Made by a program: the position numbers and the translations under genes. Positions 37,631-47,219 of a stretch of 48,701 nucleotides of DNA are shown one piece after another (the first letter of the stretch is position 1; each line of letters begins with the position of its first letter). The stretch is taken from the IMG/VR virus record IMGVR_UViG_3300046460_000418. One strand, written 5' to 3'. Below the pieces are notes generated by a model, which had not been told where the DNA came from, ran no database searches, and was given only the letters and a program-made list of their open reading frames with translations. Source of the stretch: a virus. Lineage: Duplodnaviria; Heunggongvirae; Uroviricota; Caudoviricetes.

Positions 37631-37904
37631 GGACTTGCCCTCGGAGGTGTCTTATCAAACGCAATGACTGCGCGACTGACAAGAACGAGTTTCGCCCACA
37701 ACCTGCAAGCCGATAAGGACTTCGGAACTGCGCCTCGGCGTCGAAAGCTTCAAATACGTGCAGGCTGGATTAGAGGCGCTTGCCTGGTCGGGGCGAGCAA
37801 TGGCGCTGCCGATTATTTCGTATCCAGTCTTCCTGGATACTCCGGTGGTGCGTCTCTCACTTTTCCTTAAGCGGCGGCTTTATGCCTTCCTTGAGTGGGC
37901 GACA

Positions 37905-37946
37905 TTCAACGAAGAAGCGGCACCCTGGTGCAGCTTCTTCGTTGAA
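37905..37946. repeat. 42-bp near-perfect palindrome
   Basis: TTCAACGAAGAAGC-G-GCACC-CT-GGTGC-A-GCTTCTTCGTTGAA. Confidence 0.85.
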
Positions 37947-38049
37947 ATTGGTCTGATAAATCAATGCTACCAGGAGGTAAAAGGAAACGCTTTGAAGTCG
38001 ATACGAATTGACGTTTTTTCGGCCGAACCCTACAGTAATCCTACATAAT

Positions 38050-41000
38050 ATGTGGGATTTACCTATGTTCAGGTCGGTGTTTGGGGCGAGCCTTATTCTT
38101 TTCAACTCTTTTTCCTTCGGCCAGGCCGCCAGCTTCGACAACGGTCAATATTTTTTCCGATACTCCACGAGCAGTGTCCAGAAGGGCGAGGACGACTCCG
38201 AAGCTTCGAAAGATATCACCGCTTTCTTTGCGGGCGGTGTCGGAATTGCTTTCTCTCAAAAAATCCCGATGCGCCCGGAATGGGAAAACGACAATTGGGT
38301 CCTTACCTCGGGCAAGCTACCTGCGGGGATTTCATTCGACAGTTCCACCGAGACATTTTCAGGGAAGCCGACGGCGGTCGTCAGCAACAGAGAAGTCGAG
38401 CTGGTCGGATATGACAAGTCCGGCTCCGAAGTTGCGACGGCAAGCGTCACCTTCGACATTCTCCAGCTTCCAATCGGTGCGACATTCCACGTCGATCTTT
38501 ATGCTCATACCGGCAAATACTCATTCAACCAGTTGGCGGTTCCGGCGGGCATTACGGTAGACAAGTGGACTGTACTTGACGCCCCGCCACCCGGCGTGAA
38601 CATTATCGGGCGAAATCTCGATGGGACACCGACCAAGCCAGGTACTTACCGATTGCTGATCCAGGGTTTGGATTTTCTTGGCAAACCAGTTGTGGCCTTT
38701 GTCGGCACTTTCACGGTCGAAGACGCGCCGGTCTTCCCGCTGGTAGCGGATAAGCTAATCAACACCGACCTGCAGTACCAGCCATCCGTAAGAGTTGATT
38801 TTGCGACCACGAAGGTCAAACGAGCTATCGGAAAGCCGCGTTATTATGTCGAGGTTGAAGGTGACAATCCTCTGCCGGGAAACCTCTACGTTACCAATGA
38901 TGTCTTCAACCCGCATGTTACCGGATACATTTTCAAGAACTATGACCAAGCGACGCTGCGCTACAAGGCTGTGGATTCCGACGAGACGGTAGCCTATTCG
39001 AATTGGTTCAAGGTCGGGACACTTGGCCCGGCACCGAATTGCGGAACCTATACAACGAACCCGGTCCCTATGAACCTGGACGGATATGTCGGAACCGCAT
39101 TCCCACCCTATTACATTCCAACGACGAATTCAGCCGGGAGCCGAACCTACGCCCTCGTAGATGGTCAATTGCCGAAGGGATTGTCGCTTGATGCAGCATC
39201 CGGTCTCATTTCTGGTACACCACAACAAGAAGAGACCCGTGAGGGGATCGCTGTCCGGATTGATGTCAGCAATAGCGGCAATGTCGACAGCACGACCTGC
39301 GGCCCCTACACATTTCGAATCAATCCTGCCCGGTTCGATCTGAGTGCCAGCGTCTCTCCGAAGGACTTCCATGTTGGAGGCGCTGTAACGGGCGTCTTGA
39401 AAACGTCCGGCGGAATATTGCCGGGCTGGTCAGTTGCTCTCGACAGCGCTTCCGCTCTTCCTAGCGGTGTGACTTTTGATAAGAACGCCTTGTCGTTTTC
39501 CGGCACTGTCAATGTGGCCGGAACATACCAGCCGACCTTCACCTTGACGAACGGAGACGGCAGGCAGGTGAAAGCCGCCACGACATTCATCGCAAGAGAG
39601 CAACTTGCATTAGGCGAGCCCGCCCTGAAATCAGTGGCTCAATTCGAGCTTCTGGACGATCTTGCGAGTGCAATCGTTGATGGCGACACGGTCGTCGGAG
39701 CTGCCAAGATGACCGTCGAGGGTGGTTCATTACCGCCAGGCATGTCTTTTGCATTTGACGGTGTAAAAGGTTCAATTTCAGGCGGAACCAAGCTATCACC
39801 ACAGTCCTTCGGTCCATACACGTTCAAGGTTACCGATGACGAGGGCCAGATCGCGAACTCCGCGCCATTCTACCTTCAGGTTACAGACCGCAAAGACTTG
39901 GTGGCATCCCAGCCCGTTTCGCCGAACTTTACGATCAAGAAGTTCTCAAGCCTCAAACCGGTCACGGTCGCGCTGCCACCATTGGGAGACAGCCTTGTTC
40001 TGAGCTATACGCTGAATGGTCCGGCTCTTCCCGAAGGCCTGACTTTCGACAAGGACACAGGCACAATCAGTGGCACTCCTTCGGCAAAGATCACGCTGAC
40101 GAATTACACGATAACTGTCACTGATGGGCAGAAATCAGTGACATCGGCACCATTTCCGGTGACCGTCGGTGATCCGGCTGCCATCCCGCCAATTATCCTC
40201 GGATCAATCACCAAGAATGTAACCGGCCAGGTCGTATCCTTTCTAACGACACCGGCCCCAGACCTCTCGACCGTAGCTGATTTCATGGTTGGCGACGTCA
40301 AGGACGCCAAATTCACCTCAATCACGCCGTCGGTTCCAGGTCTATTCCCAGAACTTTCAAATGGCACGCTCTCGGGCAATCCGACAACGCCATTCGATGG
40401 GGATGTATCGATCAGTTTCGAGGATAGCGCGGGACGGGAGGGTAAGGCGGTCGTGCATTTGATCATCTTGCCATATCCATCGATCAGCGTAGGCCAGGCA
40501 AGCTATTCACTGTCACGCCTTGCCGATGCGTCGAAAATTGGCTTTAACCTTTCACCCAATAACGGCTTTATCGGCTCGATCCAGTATAGTCTTGCAAGCG
40601 GCTCCAACCCTTTGCCATCCGGGATCACGCTTACCTCCCAGGGTACTCTGTCAGGATCAACCACCGTGAACCCGCAAACGTTCGGTGGGATTATTGTCAA
40701 CGCCAAGGACTTGAGCACCGGTATCGAGGTGCAATCCGGAGCCTTTGCCATCAAGATCGATGAGCAGACGGGGCTTACCCTGGCCCTTCCTCAAAAGCAG
40801 CTCACCTACCGTCTGTTCAATGGCACATTCGCTATTTCGTCAGCAGACGTCTTCAATCCGGCACCAGCACCGACCGGCTCGCGTGTCCAACCACTCAAGT
40901 GGTCCATCGACGATGACGGTGGTTCGGGTCTTTCCATTTCTTCATCCACCGGCCAGCTTACAGGCACGCCGGGGCGTCTTGGAAGCTGGCCAATTACGCT

Positions 41001-44000
41001 CCGCGTCACCGACTCTGACACGCCGCCGAGTTCCACTACCGATAATGTGACGGTAAAGGCGACCTTGCAGGGTTGGGTCGTCACTGAGCCAGGCGGACAA
41101 GCTATTGGACCATTGCGGGTTGGAGAAAGCTTTACCACTCTGTCCCAAACGCCTTCGAACTACGTTGGCAACCCGGTTTACAGCGATCTGAACAATACCG
41201 GCTTGTCACTCAATCCATCCACTGGTCAATTCAGCGGAAGCTTCGATGCGCCCGGAACGTCGACCTGGAAATTGCAGGTAACCGACAAAGATGGTCGCAC
41301 ACTGCAGAATCCGGCGACCTTCTCGGCGGACATAGTTGAGCCGCTACAATTTGATCAGAGTGGCACGCCAAGCACCGTCATCTCCAAGCAGTTCGACAGC
41401 GCTGCCCGCGTCACCATGCAATTCAAGCCTGCCACACATTCGATGGGGAAGGTCTCCTACGCCATTTCCGACAATCTTCCTGGCACACTGGTCTACAAAT
41501 TCTATCCCAATGATGATTTGTCGGCAAAGCCGGTCTTCTTTCATTACGATGCGCAAGGCAGTGCGATGGAACTTGCGGCGGATGCGCTGCCAGACGACGC
41601 ATTCGTCTTTGATACGGTGAACCTGACGCTGACAGGCGTTCCTTCAGCCTCAGGGTCGTTCGGGCAAATCTTCCTCTACGCCAGTGATGACCATCAGGAT
41701 GACTACCAGAGCCCGAACGACCCGACCCGCGTATCGAATAACACAGCCGTGGCTGGCCCCTTCACGATCAATGTGGCAGCTGCCGATGGTCTCGTCGCTT
41801 CAAATAATCTGAGCAGCGAGGTTATCTATCAGTACACAAGCCAACCGACGATCCGTTCGACTGTTCTGAACGGGGCTTATGGAAAACCGATAAAATTCGA
41901 GCGCAAAGCTGGAACATTACCAACGAACGTAACCGCGAACGGGTCCGGAAATATCCTGACCTATCAGGGTTATTCTACCGCAATCGGGACGCAATCGGGT
42001 ATTATCTACCAAGCGACCGACGCGGTCGGTCGCTCTATCGATCTTCCGGTCGTAAGTATCGAAACCAAGGCCCGTGAGCCACTCGTACTCGAAGCCTCCA
42101 GCAACCCGCAGGGTATGGTTGTTTTTGAGGACGACGCAAATTTGATCGTATCTGCGAAGAACGTTCCATTTGGCGGTTCCATCGCGAGCGACAAGTGGAC
42201 CCTCACCGGTCTTTCCAACCTCCCGGCGGGTGTGACCTCGCAGATCGAAAACGGCCATGTTTCCTTTTCCGGGACGGCCTCGGTCATCGGCACGTATAAG
42301 GATATCATTGTTTCCGCTGTCGACAGTCTCGGCGGATCGGCCTCTGTAAGCCTCACCTTCAAGGTGATTTCGAGCAGTGATCCGATTGAGGTCAATGTGT
42401 CGAACATCACGACAAAGGTCGGCATGCCAGTCAAGATGGAGCCTCCATTTGCGGCGGCACCGATTTCCACGGGCAATACCTATGGCACCATCCGGTTCTC
42501 GTCCGCAGATATAGCCACCCTGTTCCCAGGCGTGACGCTAGATTCCTCAACGGGTGCTTTGAGTGGTAGCCTTTCCTCTGTCCAGGAAAACACCTTCAAC
42601 CTGAAGGTCAATGACGGCACAAATCGCCTGACGTCAAAATCGGTGAAGATTTCGGTAATTCCGAACCTAAGGATTGTCGCTCCGACGCTAATCACGACCA
42701 CGCAGGGTGCTGACGCCAATGTGGCGGTCGATACCAGCTTCAATATTGGAACGGTCTCTTACGTCGGCAAGGGAACCTGGCCTGCCGGGTTGAGTGTCAA
42801 TCCTGCCACTGGCGCAATCAAGGGCTCGGCGGCGGCGAGCACCGGGACCTATCCCGGTCTCACCATCGAAGGTGTCGATGCATCTGGCGACCGTCAGTCG
42901 TCGAACGTGTTTTCGATCAAGGTCGATCCTATCGATGCCTTGCCCATCATTGCAAACGTCCCATTGAATAAATGGCCGTTCGGAACTGTCGAAATCCCGA
43001 TCCAGAACTTCACTTCAACCGTAACAGACAACGTCAAGGGTAAAGCCTGGCCGGGTCCGCTGACCTTTACGCTCAATCACGATATCGCAGATGCCGGACT
43101 GACCTTCGACAGCAAGCTCGGCGTGATCAGCGGCACGGCTACCAAGCCGTTCCTTTACAAGGACCTCATTGTCACTGTGAGGACTGAACGGGGGGACACG
43201 GTTTCGACTGCACCGTTCTGGTTCGGCGTCCAGCCGAAAGATGCCATCGTCATCGCAGCAGGCCAGAAGAGCCACTACACAGTCCGTGTAGGGTCGGGTT
43301 ACTCGACAGACCCGCTGATTTTTCTGAATACCTTTGGGAATGTCACGTTCACGAATGTCCAGGCATTGGTGAAACCGATCAATCCCACAAACGGCGTGTA
43401 CTCCGAAGCAACTGTCACGGCATCAAGCATGACAGGACAACCCCAGGGAGGCTGGCCGGAAGATGCGGTCGTGACCGACGAGTTCGGGCGCACCGGCACG
43501 TTCAGGACTTCCCTGGAGGTAGCTCCCGCAGTTACGCTCACGCCACCGGCAACGGTCTCGTTTGAGATTGCCTCGCCATCAAAGACCAGTGACAAGCCAG
43601 TTGTGGCTGGTGTTGTCGGGACACCAACCTGGTCGACGCAAGGCATGCCATCCTGGCTAACGTTCAATGCGGATGGATCATTCACCGGGAGTGCGCCGAC
43701 CGGCACGCCCGTCGGCGATGTGTCGTTCAGCGTCACCGTTACGGACCCCTCCGATGGTGCTTCGAAGACGGCTACCTATACGGCAAAGGTGTACACCATC
43801 AAATCCTATCGCGTGGTCCTAGACGCCTGGGTTGCGCACCCGACCATTGCAACATGTGTCGGCATGTCTGAGTTTTATGTGATGAACGGAACATCTGATA
43901 TCACGTCCCTTTCGGGCGTTGTTCCTTCATCATCAGACAAAGACTACCCAGCGAAGAACCTGACCGACGGAGTGGTCTCGACAGCTTCAATGTGGTTCCT

Positions 44001-44217
44001 GACCGATGGATCGGCTGCAAAATGGATCAAGTTCAACAGGATCGCCAACAACAAGGCGACAGCGGTCAAGTGGATTACCCGCGCGGATAACTTCTTGCCG
44101 TGCAATCCAACACAGTGGCACATCCAAATGAGCCCCGATGACGTGAACTGGACGACAATTGGCACCGGCTCTTCAACTGGGGCAGTTGGAACATACACCA
44201 CACAAATACCGCAATAG
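38050..44217 (+). CDS. Giant exported Ig-like (He_PIG-type) repeat protein with C-terminal discoidin/F5-8-like domain
   Basis: Signal-like N-terminus; many LP.G(L/I)(S/T)FD..TG.ISG.P repeats; C-terminal YPAKNLTDG..W..KWIKF..IQMSPDDVNWT. Confidence 0.9.
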   Translation: MWDLPMFRSVFGASLILFNSFSFGQAASFDNGQYFFRYSTSSVQKGEDDSEASKDITAFFAGGVGIAFSQKIPMRPEWENDNWVLTSGKLPAGISFDSSTETFSGKPTAVVSNREVELVGYDKSGSEVATASVTFDILQLPIGATFHVDLYAHTGKYSFNQLAVPAGITVDKWTVLDAPPPGVNIIGRNLDGTPTKPGTYRLLIQGLDFLGKPVVAFVGTFTVEDAPVFPLVADKLINTDLQYQPSVRVDFATTKVKRAIGKPRYYVEVEGDNPLPGNLYVTNDVFNPHVTGYIFKNYDQATLRYKAVDSDETVAYSNWFKVGTLGPAPNCGTYTTNPVPMNLDGYVGTAFPPYYIPTTNSAGSRTYALVDGQLPKGLSLDAASGLISGTPQQEETREGIAVRIDVSNSGNVDSTTCGPYTFRINPARFDLSASVSPKDFHVGGAVTGVLKTSGGILPGWSVALDSASALPSGVTFDKNALSFSGTVNVAGTYQPTFTLTNGDGRQVKAATTFIAREQLALGEPALKSVAQFELLDDLASAIVDGDTVVGAAKMTVEGGSLPPGMSFAFDGVKGSISGGTKLSPQSFGPYTFKVTDDEGQIANSAPFYLQVTDRKDLVASQPVSPNFTIKKFSSLKPVTVALPPLGDSLVLSYTLNGPALPEGLTFDKDTGTISGTPSAKITLTNYTITVTDGQKSVTSAPFPVTVGDPAAIPPIILGSITKNVTGQVVSFLTTPAPDLSTVADFMVGDVKDAKFTSITPSVPGLFPELSNGTLSGNPTTPFDGDVSISFEDSAGREGKAVVHLIILPYPSISVGQASYSLSRLADASKIGFNLSPNNGFIGSIQYSLASGSNPLPSGITLTSQGTLSGSTTVNPQTFGGIIVNAKDLSTGIEVQSGAFAIKIDEQTGLTLALPQKQLTYRLFNGTFAISSADVFNPAPAPTGSRVQPLKWSIDDDGGSGLSISSSTGQLTGTPGRLGSWPITLRVTDSDTPPSSTTDNVTVKATLQGWVVTEPGGQAIGPLRVGESFTTLSQTPSNYVGNPVYSDLNNTGLSLNPSTGQFSGSFDAPGTSTWKLQVTDKDGRTLQNPATFSADIVEPLQFDQSGTPSTVISKQFDSAARVTMQFKPATHSMGKVSYAISDNLPGTLVYKFYPNDDLSAKPVFFHYDAQGSAMELAADALPDDAFVFDTVNLTLTGVPSASGSFGQIFLYASDDHQDDYQSPNDPTRVSNNTAVAGPFTINVAAADGLVASNNLSSEVIYQYTSQPTIRSTVLNGAYGKPIKFERKAGTLPTNVTANGSGNILTYQGYSTAIGTQSGIIYQATDAVGRSIDLPVVSIETKAREPLVLEASSNPQGMVVFEDDANLIVSAKNVPFGGSIASDKWTLTGLSNLPAGVTSQIENGHVSFSGTASVIGTYKDIIVSAVDSLGGSASVSLTFKVISSSDPIEVNVSNITTKVGMPVKMEPPFAAAPISTGNTYGTIRFSSADIATLFPGVTLDSSTGALSGSLSSVQENTFNLKVNDGTNRLTSKSVKISVIPNLRIVAPTLITTTQGADANVAVDTSFNIGTVSYVGKGTWPAGLSVNPATGAIKGSAAASTGTYPGLTIEGVDASGDRQSSNVFSIKVDPIDALPIIANVPLNKWPFGTVEIPIQNFTSTVTDNVKGKAWPGPLTFTLNHDIADAGLTFDSKLGVISGTATKPFLYKDLIVTVRTERGDTVSTAPFWFGVQPKDAIVIAAGQKSHYTVRVGSGYSTDPLIFLNTFGNVTFTNVQALVKPINPTNGVYSEATVTASSMTGQPQGGWPEDAVVTDEFGRTGTFRTSLEVAPAVTLTPPATVSFEIASPSKTSDKPVVAGVVGTPTWSTQGMPSWLTFNADGSFTGSAPTGTPVGDVSFSVTVTDPSDGASKTATYTAKVYTIKSYRVVLDAWVAHPTIATCVGMSEFYVMNGTSDITSLSGVVPSSSDKDYPAKNLTDGVVSTASMWFLTDGSAAKWIKFNRIANNKATAVKWITRADNFLPCNPTQWHIQMSPDDVNWTTIGTGSSTGAVGTYTTQIPQ

Positions 44218-44234
44218 AAGCTGTAGGTCATAAA

Positions 44235-44275
44235 CAAATAAGGGCGACACCCAACACAGGTGCCGCCCTTATTTG
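44235..44275. terminator. Bidirectional terminator-like inverted repeat
   Basis: CAAATAAGGGCG-A-CACC / GGTG-C-CGCCCTTATTTG between convergent genes. Confidence 0.75.
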
Positions 44276-44304
44276 TGTCGACGTGACACTTTGGTCTAGT
44301 TTTT

Positions 44305-44682
44305 CTACCGCATTCCAGGGGTAGACGGCTCATCATCAATCTCGATTTTACCGGTGACGATGTCGAGCACAAGCTTCTCTGCATCCTCGTAGAAGAGGTG
44401 CTGTTCACAAGCCCAGTCGATATACTCCCTATAGCTGCTGCCTTTGGCGGGTGGTGGTGATGACCACCTGTGCTCGGCCTGAGCTGCCGACTTGGCCACA
44501 ACTGGCTTCGCAGGGGCGACACGGGGTGGCGCTGCAGCAGGAACGGGAGGGCGTGTTGCCTGGACTTGCGGCCGAGGCGAGAACCCCGGTCGAGCGGGCG
44601 CACCGGGGCGAGCGGCAGGCGAAGGTGTGGGGGATGCGGTGTGCCCGGCGTTCGACTGCCCTCCACCAATCTTAAATGCCAT
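44305..44682 (-). CDS. Hypothetical protein, Pro/Ala-rich N-half, small C-terminal domain, ends DDEPSTPGMR
   Basis: Overlaps the CCA gene end by 11 bp, same strand. Confidence 0.65.
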   Translation of the reverse strand: MAFKIGGGQSNAGHTASPTPSPAARPGAPARPGFSPRPQVQATRPPVPAAAPPRVAPAKPVVAKSAAQAEHRWSSPPPAKGSSYREYIDWACEQHLFYEDAEKLVLDIVTGKIEIDDEPSTPGMR

Positions 44683-45853
44683 AGCTGGGTTTCTCCTCGA
44701 TATCAGCCGACATTTCGACCAGGTCGTCCTTGGAAAGTGTGAATTCGCTGTCCTTCCATGCCCTGGTCAATCGCCTAAGCTCCTGCCCCAGTTCAACGCC
44801 GGGCTGATGACCAATAGCAAGCAGATCGCGTGCGTGAAGCGGAAAGACCGGGACATCTGCAAGCATTGCTTGGGCCGCTTCGCTGCGGTTGGTCACCTTG
44901 AGCACAGGAATGGCCGTTGCGCTGTCGAGCCCCTCGACCTGCTTGCAGCGCCAGTAGTGGGGCGAACGCGTCAGATCGGCTTGCACGGCCGCTGCCGTCG
45001 TTACTCGAAGCCGTTCCGTATTCGACAGCTTCCAGGACGACGCGAAGGCCTCGGCCGAAGCAGGGTCGTCAAAGAACGATCCCAACAGAATTGCGGCATC
45101 ATTGGTTGCTTTTCGAATTCTGGAGAACTTCAGATTTCGTTGGATGTCGAATTCCGGCAAGCCAATAGCCTTGGAGACACCGAGCATCTCCATCAGGATC
45201 AATTGCTTCTCACCCGTCTGCGAAGACAATATCTGGCTGGTCTCCTTCCAGATACGCTCAGCTGAAATCTGGCCGAGCCCCGGCGCATGGTTGGCAATCG
45301 CTGCCAGAGAATATCCATCATCCGACGACGCATTGCCAAAACGGGCGCGGAAGCGGAAGAAACGAAGGATGCGCAGGTAATCTTCCTGGACGCGTTCCTC
45401 AGGATCGCCAACGAACTTAACGCGGCCCATCTTGAGGTCGTCAGCACCACCGAAATAGTCGTGCAGCTGACCCGTGTGATCGGCCGACATCGCATTGAAG
45501 GTAAAGTCGCGGCGGGCAGCATCAAGACGAAAATCCTTGATGAAGCTCACATCGGCCCAACGGCCATCCGTATTGCTATCGGTACGCAGGGTCGTGAACT
45601 CGTATCCTTCGCCCTCGTGGACGACAGTGACGGTCCCATGCTTCAAGCCAGTCGGGATTACCTTCAGGCCATGATTGTCGGCGATTGCCATGACGTCCTC
45701 GGGCAATGCATCAACCGCGAAGTCGAAGTCTTTTGGCTGGAGGCCCAGGATGCGGTCCCGGACAGCCCCGCCAACCGGACGTGCTTCGACACCCTCGCGA
45801 GCATAAAGTGCTGCAAGCATTTCAACACTGCGATTTCCGAAATCTATCCGCAT
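44672..45853 (-). CDS. cca: CCA tRNA nucleotidyltransferase (class II)
   Basis: VGGAVRDRILG, DFDFA, EFTTLR, DAARRDFTFNAM, EDYLRILRFFRF; likely start MRIDFG. Confidence 0.93.
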   Translation of the reverse strand: MRIDFGNRSVEMLAALYAREGVEARPVGGAVRDRILGLQPKDFDFAVDALPEDVMAIADNHGLKVIPTGLKHGTVTVVHEGEGYEFTTLRTDSNTDGRWADVSFIKDFRLDAARRDFTFNAMSADHTGQLHDYFGGADDLKMGRVKFVGDPEERVQEDYLRILRFFRFRARFGNASSDDGYSLAAIANHAPGLGQISAERIWKETSQILSSQTGEKQLILMEMLGVSKAIGLPEFDIQRNLKFSRIRKATNDAAILLGSFFDDPASAEAFASSWKLSNTERLRVTTAAAVQADLTRSPHYWRCKQVEGLDSATAIPVLKVTNRSEAAQAMLADVPVFPLHARDLLAIGHQPGVELGQELRRLTRAWKDSEFTLSKDDLVEMSADIEEKPSYGI

Positions 45854-46331
45854 AGCGCTGCGCGAGCCCTTTCCTTGAGTTTCTTTTCCACCCAGAGGCG
45901 GAACACATCGTCTGCCTTCATATATTCCTGCAATTGAGCGGCCGACAGCTGCTCCGTGAGGAAGCATTGAAGAAGAAGATCGTAACGATTAACCACTGAG
46001 GCGACCCGATGCAAGGAAATTTGAAAAAAGGATGACAGGGTTCAACGAGAGAGAGAATAGCCGAGAAGACGTGACAAAGAAATGGCAGGCGTGATCGGGA
46101 CATGGTCCTGCACGATGGGCGACAATGTTGACGTTTGCCAACGCAGTTGCTAGGTTGTTGTGGTCGCTCTTAATGGGCGTGGATTGAAACAACGATGAGG
46201 GACGACATGTCTTTCGTGCTGAACATCGCTGTACGTGATGAACGTTCTGAAGAGGATATCTTCAGGCGGCGCTAGCGTATGCAGGGCCGCCAGAGAAGGC
46301 GGCCATCGTTGAAGATCGAAAAGATTTCACC

Positions 46332-46362
46332 AAGGGCCGCTGTAACAGCGGCCCTTTTCTTT
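46332..46362 (+). terminator. Rho-independent terminator
   Basis: AAGGGCCGCTG-TAA-CAGCGGCCCTT followed by TTCTTT. Confidence 0.7.
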
Positions 46363-46398
46363 GCCTGCACGACTAAAACGAAATGAAAGGAGACGACT

Positions 46399-46500
46399 AT
46401 GCCGGAAGACGGCGACGATAGCGACGAACGCGACGACGAACGGTTCGCACGGCCAGCAGATTTGCACCTACCCGGCATGCTCCTCAAGGAGCATGAATGA
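46399..46500 (+). CDS. Putative 33-aa acidic small protein MPEDGDDSDERDDERFARPADLHLPGMLLKEHE
   Basis: AAAGGAG SD 6 nt before the ATG; below the ORF-track cutoff. Confidence 0.35.
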   Translation: MPEDGDDSDERDDERFARPADLHLPGMLLKEHE

Positions 46501-46515
46501 TAGCGGCTTACCATC

Positions 46516-46587
46516 AAGCTAACCCATTGAAAATAAATAACTTTTTTGATTTTTGTTGTTGACGGCCGAAAAAGGATATGCGATAAC
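46516..46587 (+). promoter_or_regulatory. tRNA cluster 2 promoter, paralogous to 7936-8007
   Basis: AAGCTAACCCATTGAAAATAAA-N11-ATTTTTGTTGTTGAC; -35 TTGACG at 46559-46564. Confidence 0.7.
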
Positions 46588-46595
46588 TTTAATCA

Positions 46596-46676
46596 CAGAC
46601 ACGGAGACGGTTGATTGCGGTCGCGGCCTGAGGGCTCTGACTGATTGAAACTCCTGGCCAGGGCGTCTCCTGTCTG
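46596..46676 (+). ncRNA. Structured RNA at the 5' end of the tRNA cluster transcript
   Basis: CAGACA-(C)-GGAGACG pairs with CGTCTCC-TGTCTG; inner GGCC/GGCC and AGG/CCT helices. Confidence 0.45.
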
Positions 46677-46718
46677 CCGCCTTTACCTTGGCTCCGGGCC
46701 GTCCGGATAAGGTTACGT

Positions 46719-46793
46719 GCCCCTATCGAATATGGGTTAGTTCAGCAGCTTTTCACGTTGCTAAAGAGAGTTCGAGTCTCTCTAGGGGTACCA
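46719..46793 (+). tRNA. tRNA-Glu(UUC)
   Basis: Acceptor GCCCCTA/TAGGGGT, GCAGC-TTTTCAC-GTTGC, GAGAG-TTCGAGT-CTCTC, ACCA. Confidence 0.85.
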
Positions 46794-46817
46794 TTCGTTT
46801 GGACATTTTTGAGAATT

Positions 46818-46894
46818 GGTGCTGTAGTTCAGCTGGTTAGAACATCCGCCTGTCACGCGGAAGGCCGAGGGTTCAAGTCCCTTCAGCATCGCCA
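46818..46894 (+). tRNA. tRNA-Asp(GUC)
   Basis: Canonical cloverleaf, TCCGC-CTGTCAC-GCGGA, GCCA end. Confidence 0.95.
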
Positions 46895-46911
46895 CAATTT
46901 GAAGAATACCT

Positions 46912-46990
46912 TGCGCCGCTTCCGTAGTGTTGTGGTGAAGCACCCGGGTCTCCCGGAGGGTCGAGTTCGAATCCGACCGGTTGCGGCGCA
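46912..46990 (+). ncRNA. tRNA-like RNA with collapsed anticodon arm and extended acceptor stem
   Basis: D-arm GTGT-TGTGGTGAA-GCAC, CCGGG-TCT-CCCGG, GTTCGAATC T-loop, TGCGCCGC/GCGGCGCA outer stem, no CCA. Confidence 0.6.
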
Positions 46991-47005
46991 AGGTAACGAA
47001 GGTCT

Positions 47006-47080
47006 GGGCTATTCGTCTATCGGTTAGGACATCTGGTTCTCAGCCAGAAAAGAACGGTTCGATTCCGCTATAGCCTACCA
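47006..47080 (+). tRNA. tRNA-Glu(CUC)
   Basis: Acceptor GGGCTAT/ATAGCCT, TCTGG-TTCTCAG-CCAGA, GGTTCGATTCC, ACCA. Confidence 0.9.
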
Positions 47081-47102
47081 AACCTTCAAGGAAATACTCG
47101 TG

Positions 47103-47215
47103 AACCCCGTCGTCCAAGTTTCAGGACACCATAGGTCACGCAGACGGCGCAGTGTGCATGCGTAAAGAACCTGCGGCTGACAGTGAAATCAGGGTGTGAA
47201 ATCCCTGCGGGATAT
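47103..47215 (+). ncRNA. tRNA-like RNA with greatly enlarged anticodon region
   Basis: D-arm GTCC-AAGTTTCA-GGAC, T-like arm CAGGG-TGTGAAAT-CCCTG, CCCG/CGGG partial acceptor, nested helices in between. Confidence 0.5.
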
Positions 47216-47219
47216 AGAA

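Noticed and set aside
38050-44217. Calling the Ig-repeat proteins phage tail fibres
   Set aside because: Signal-peptide-like N-terminus and absence of any virion genes in the window favour cell-surface proteins; left open.
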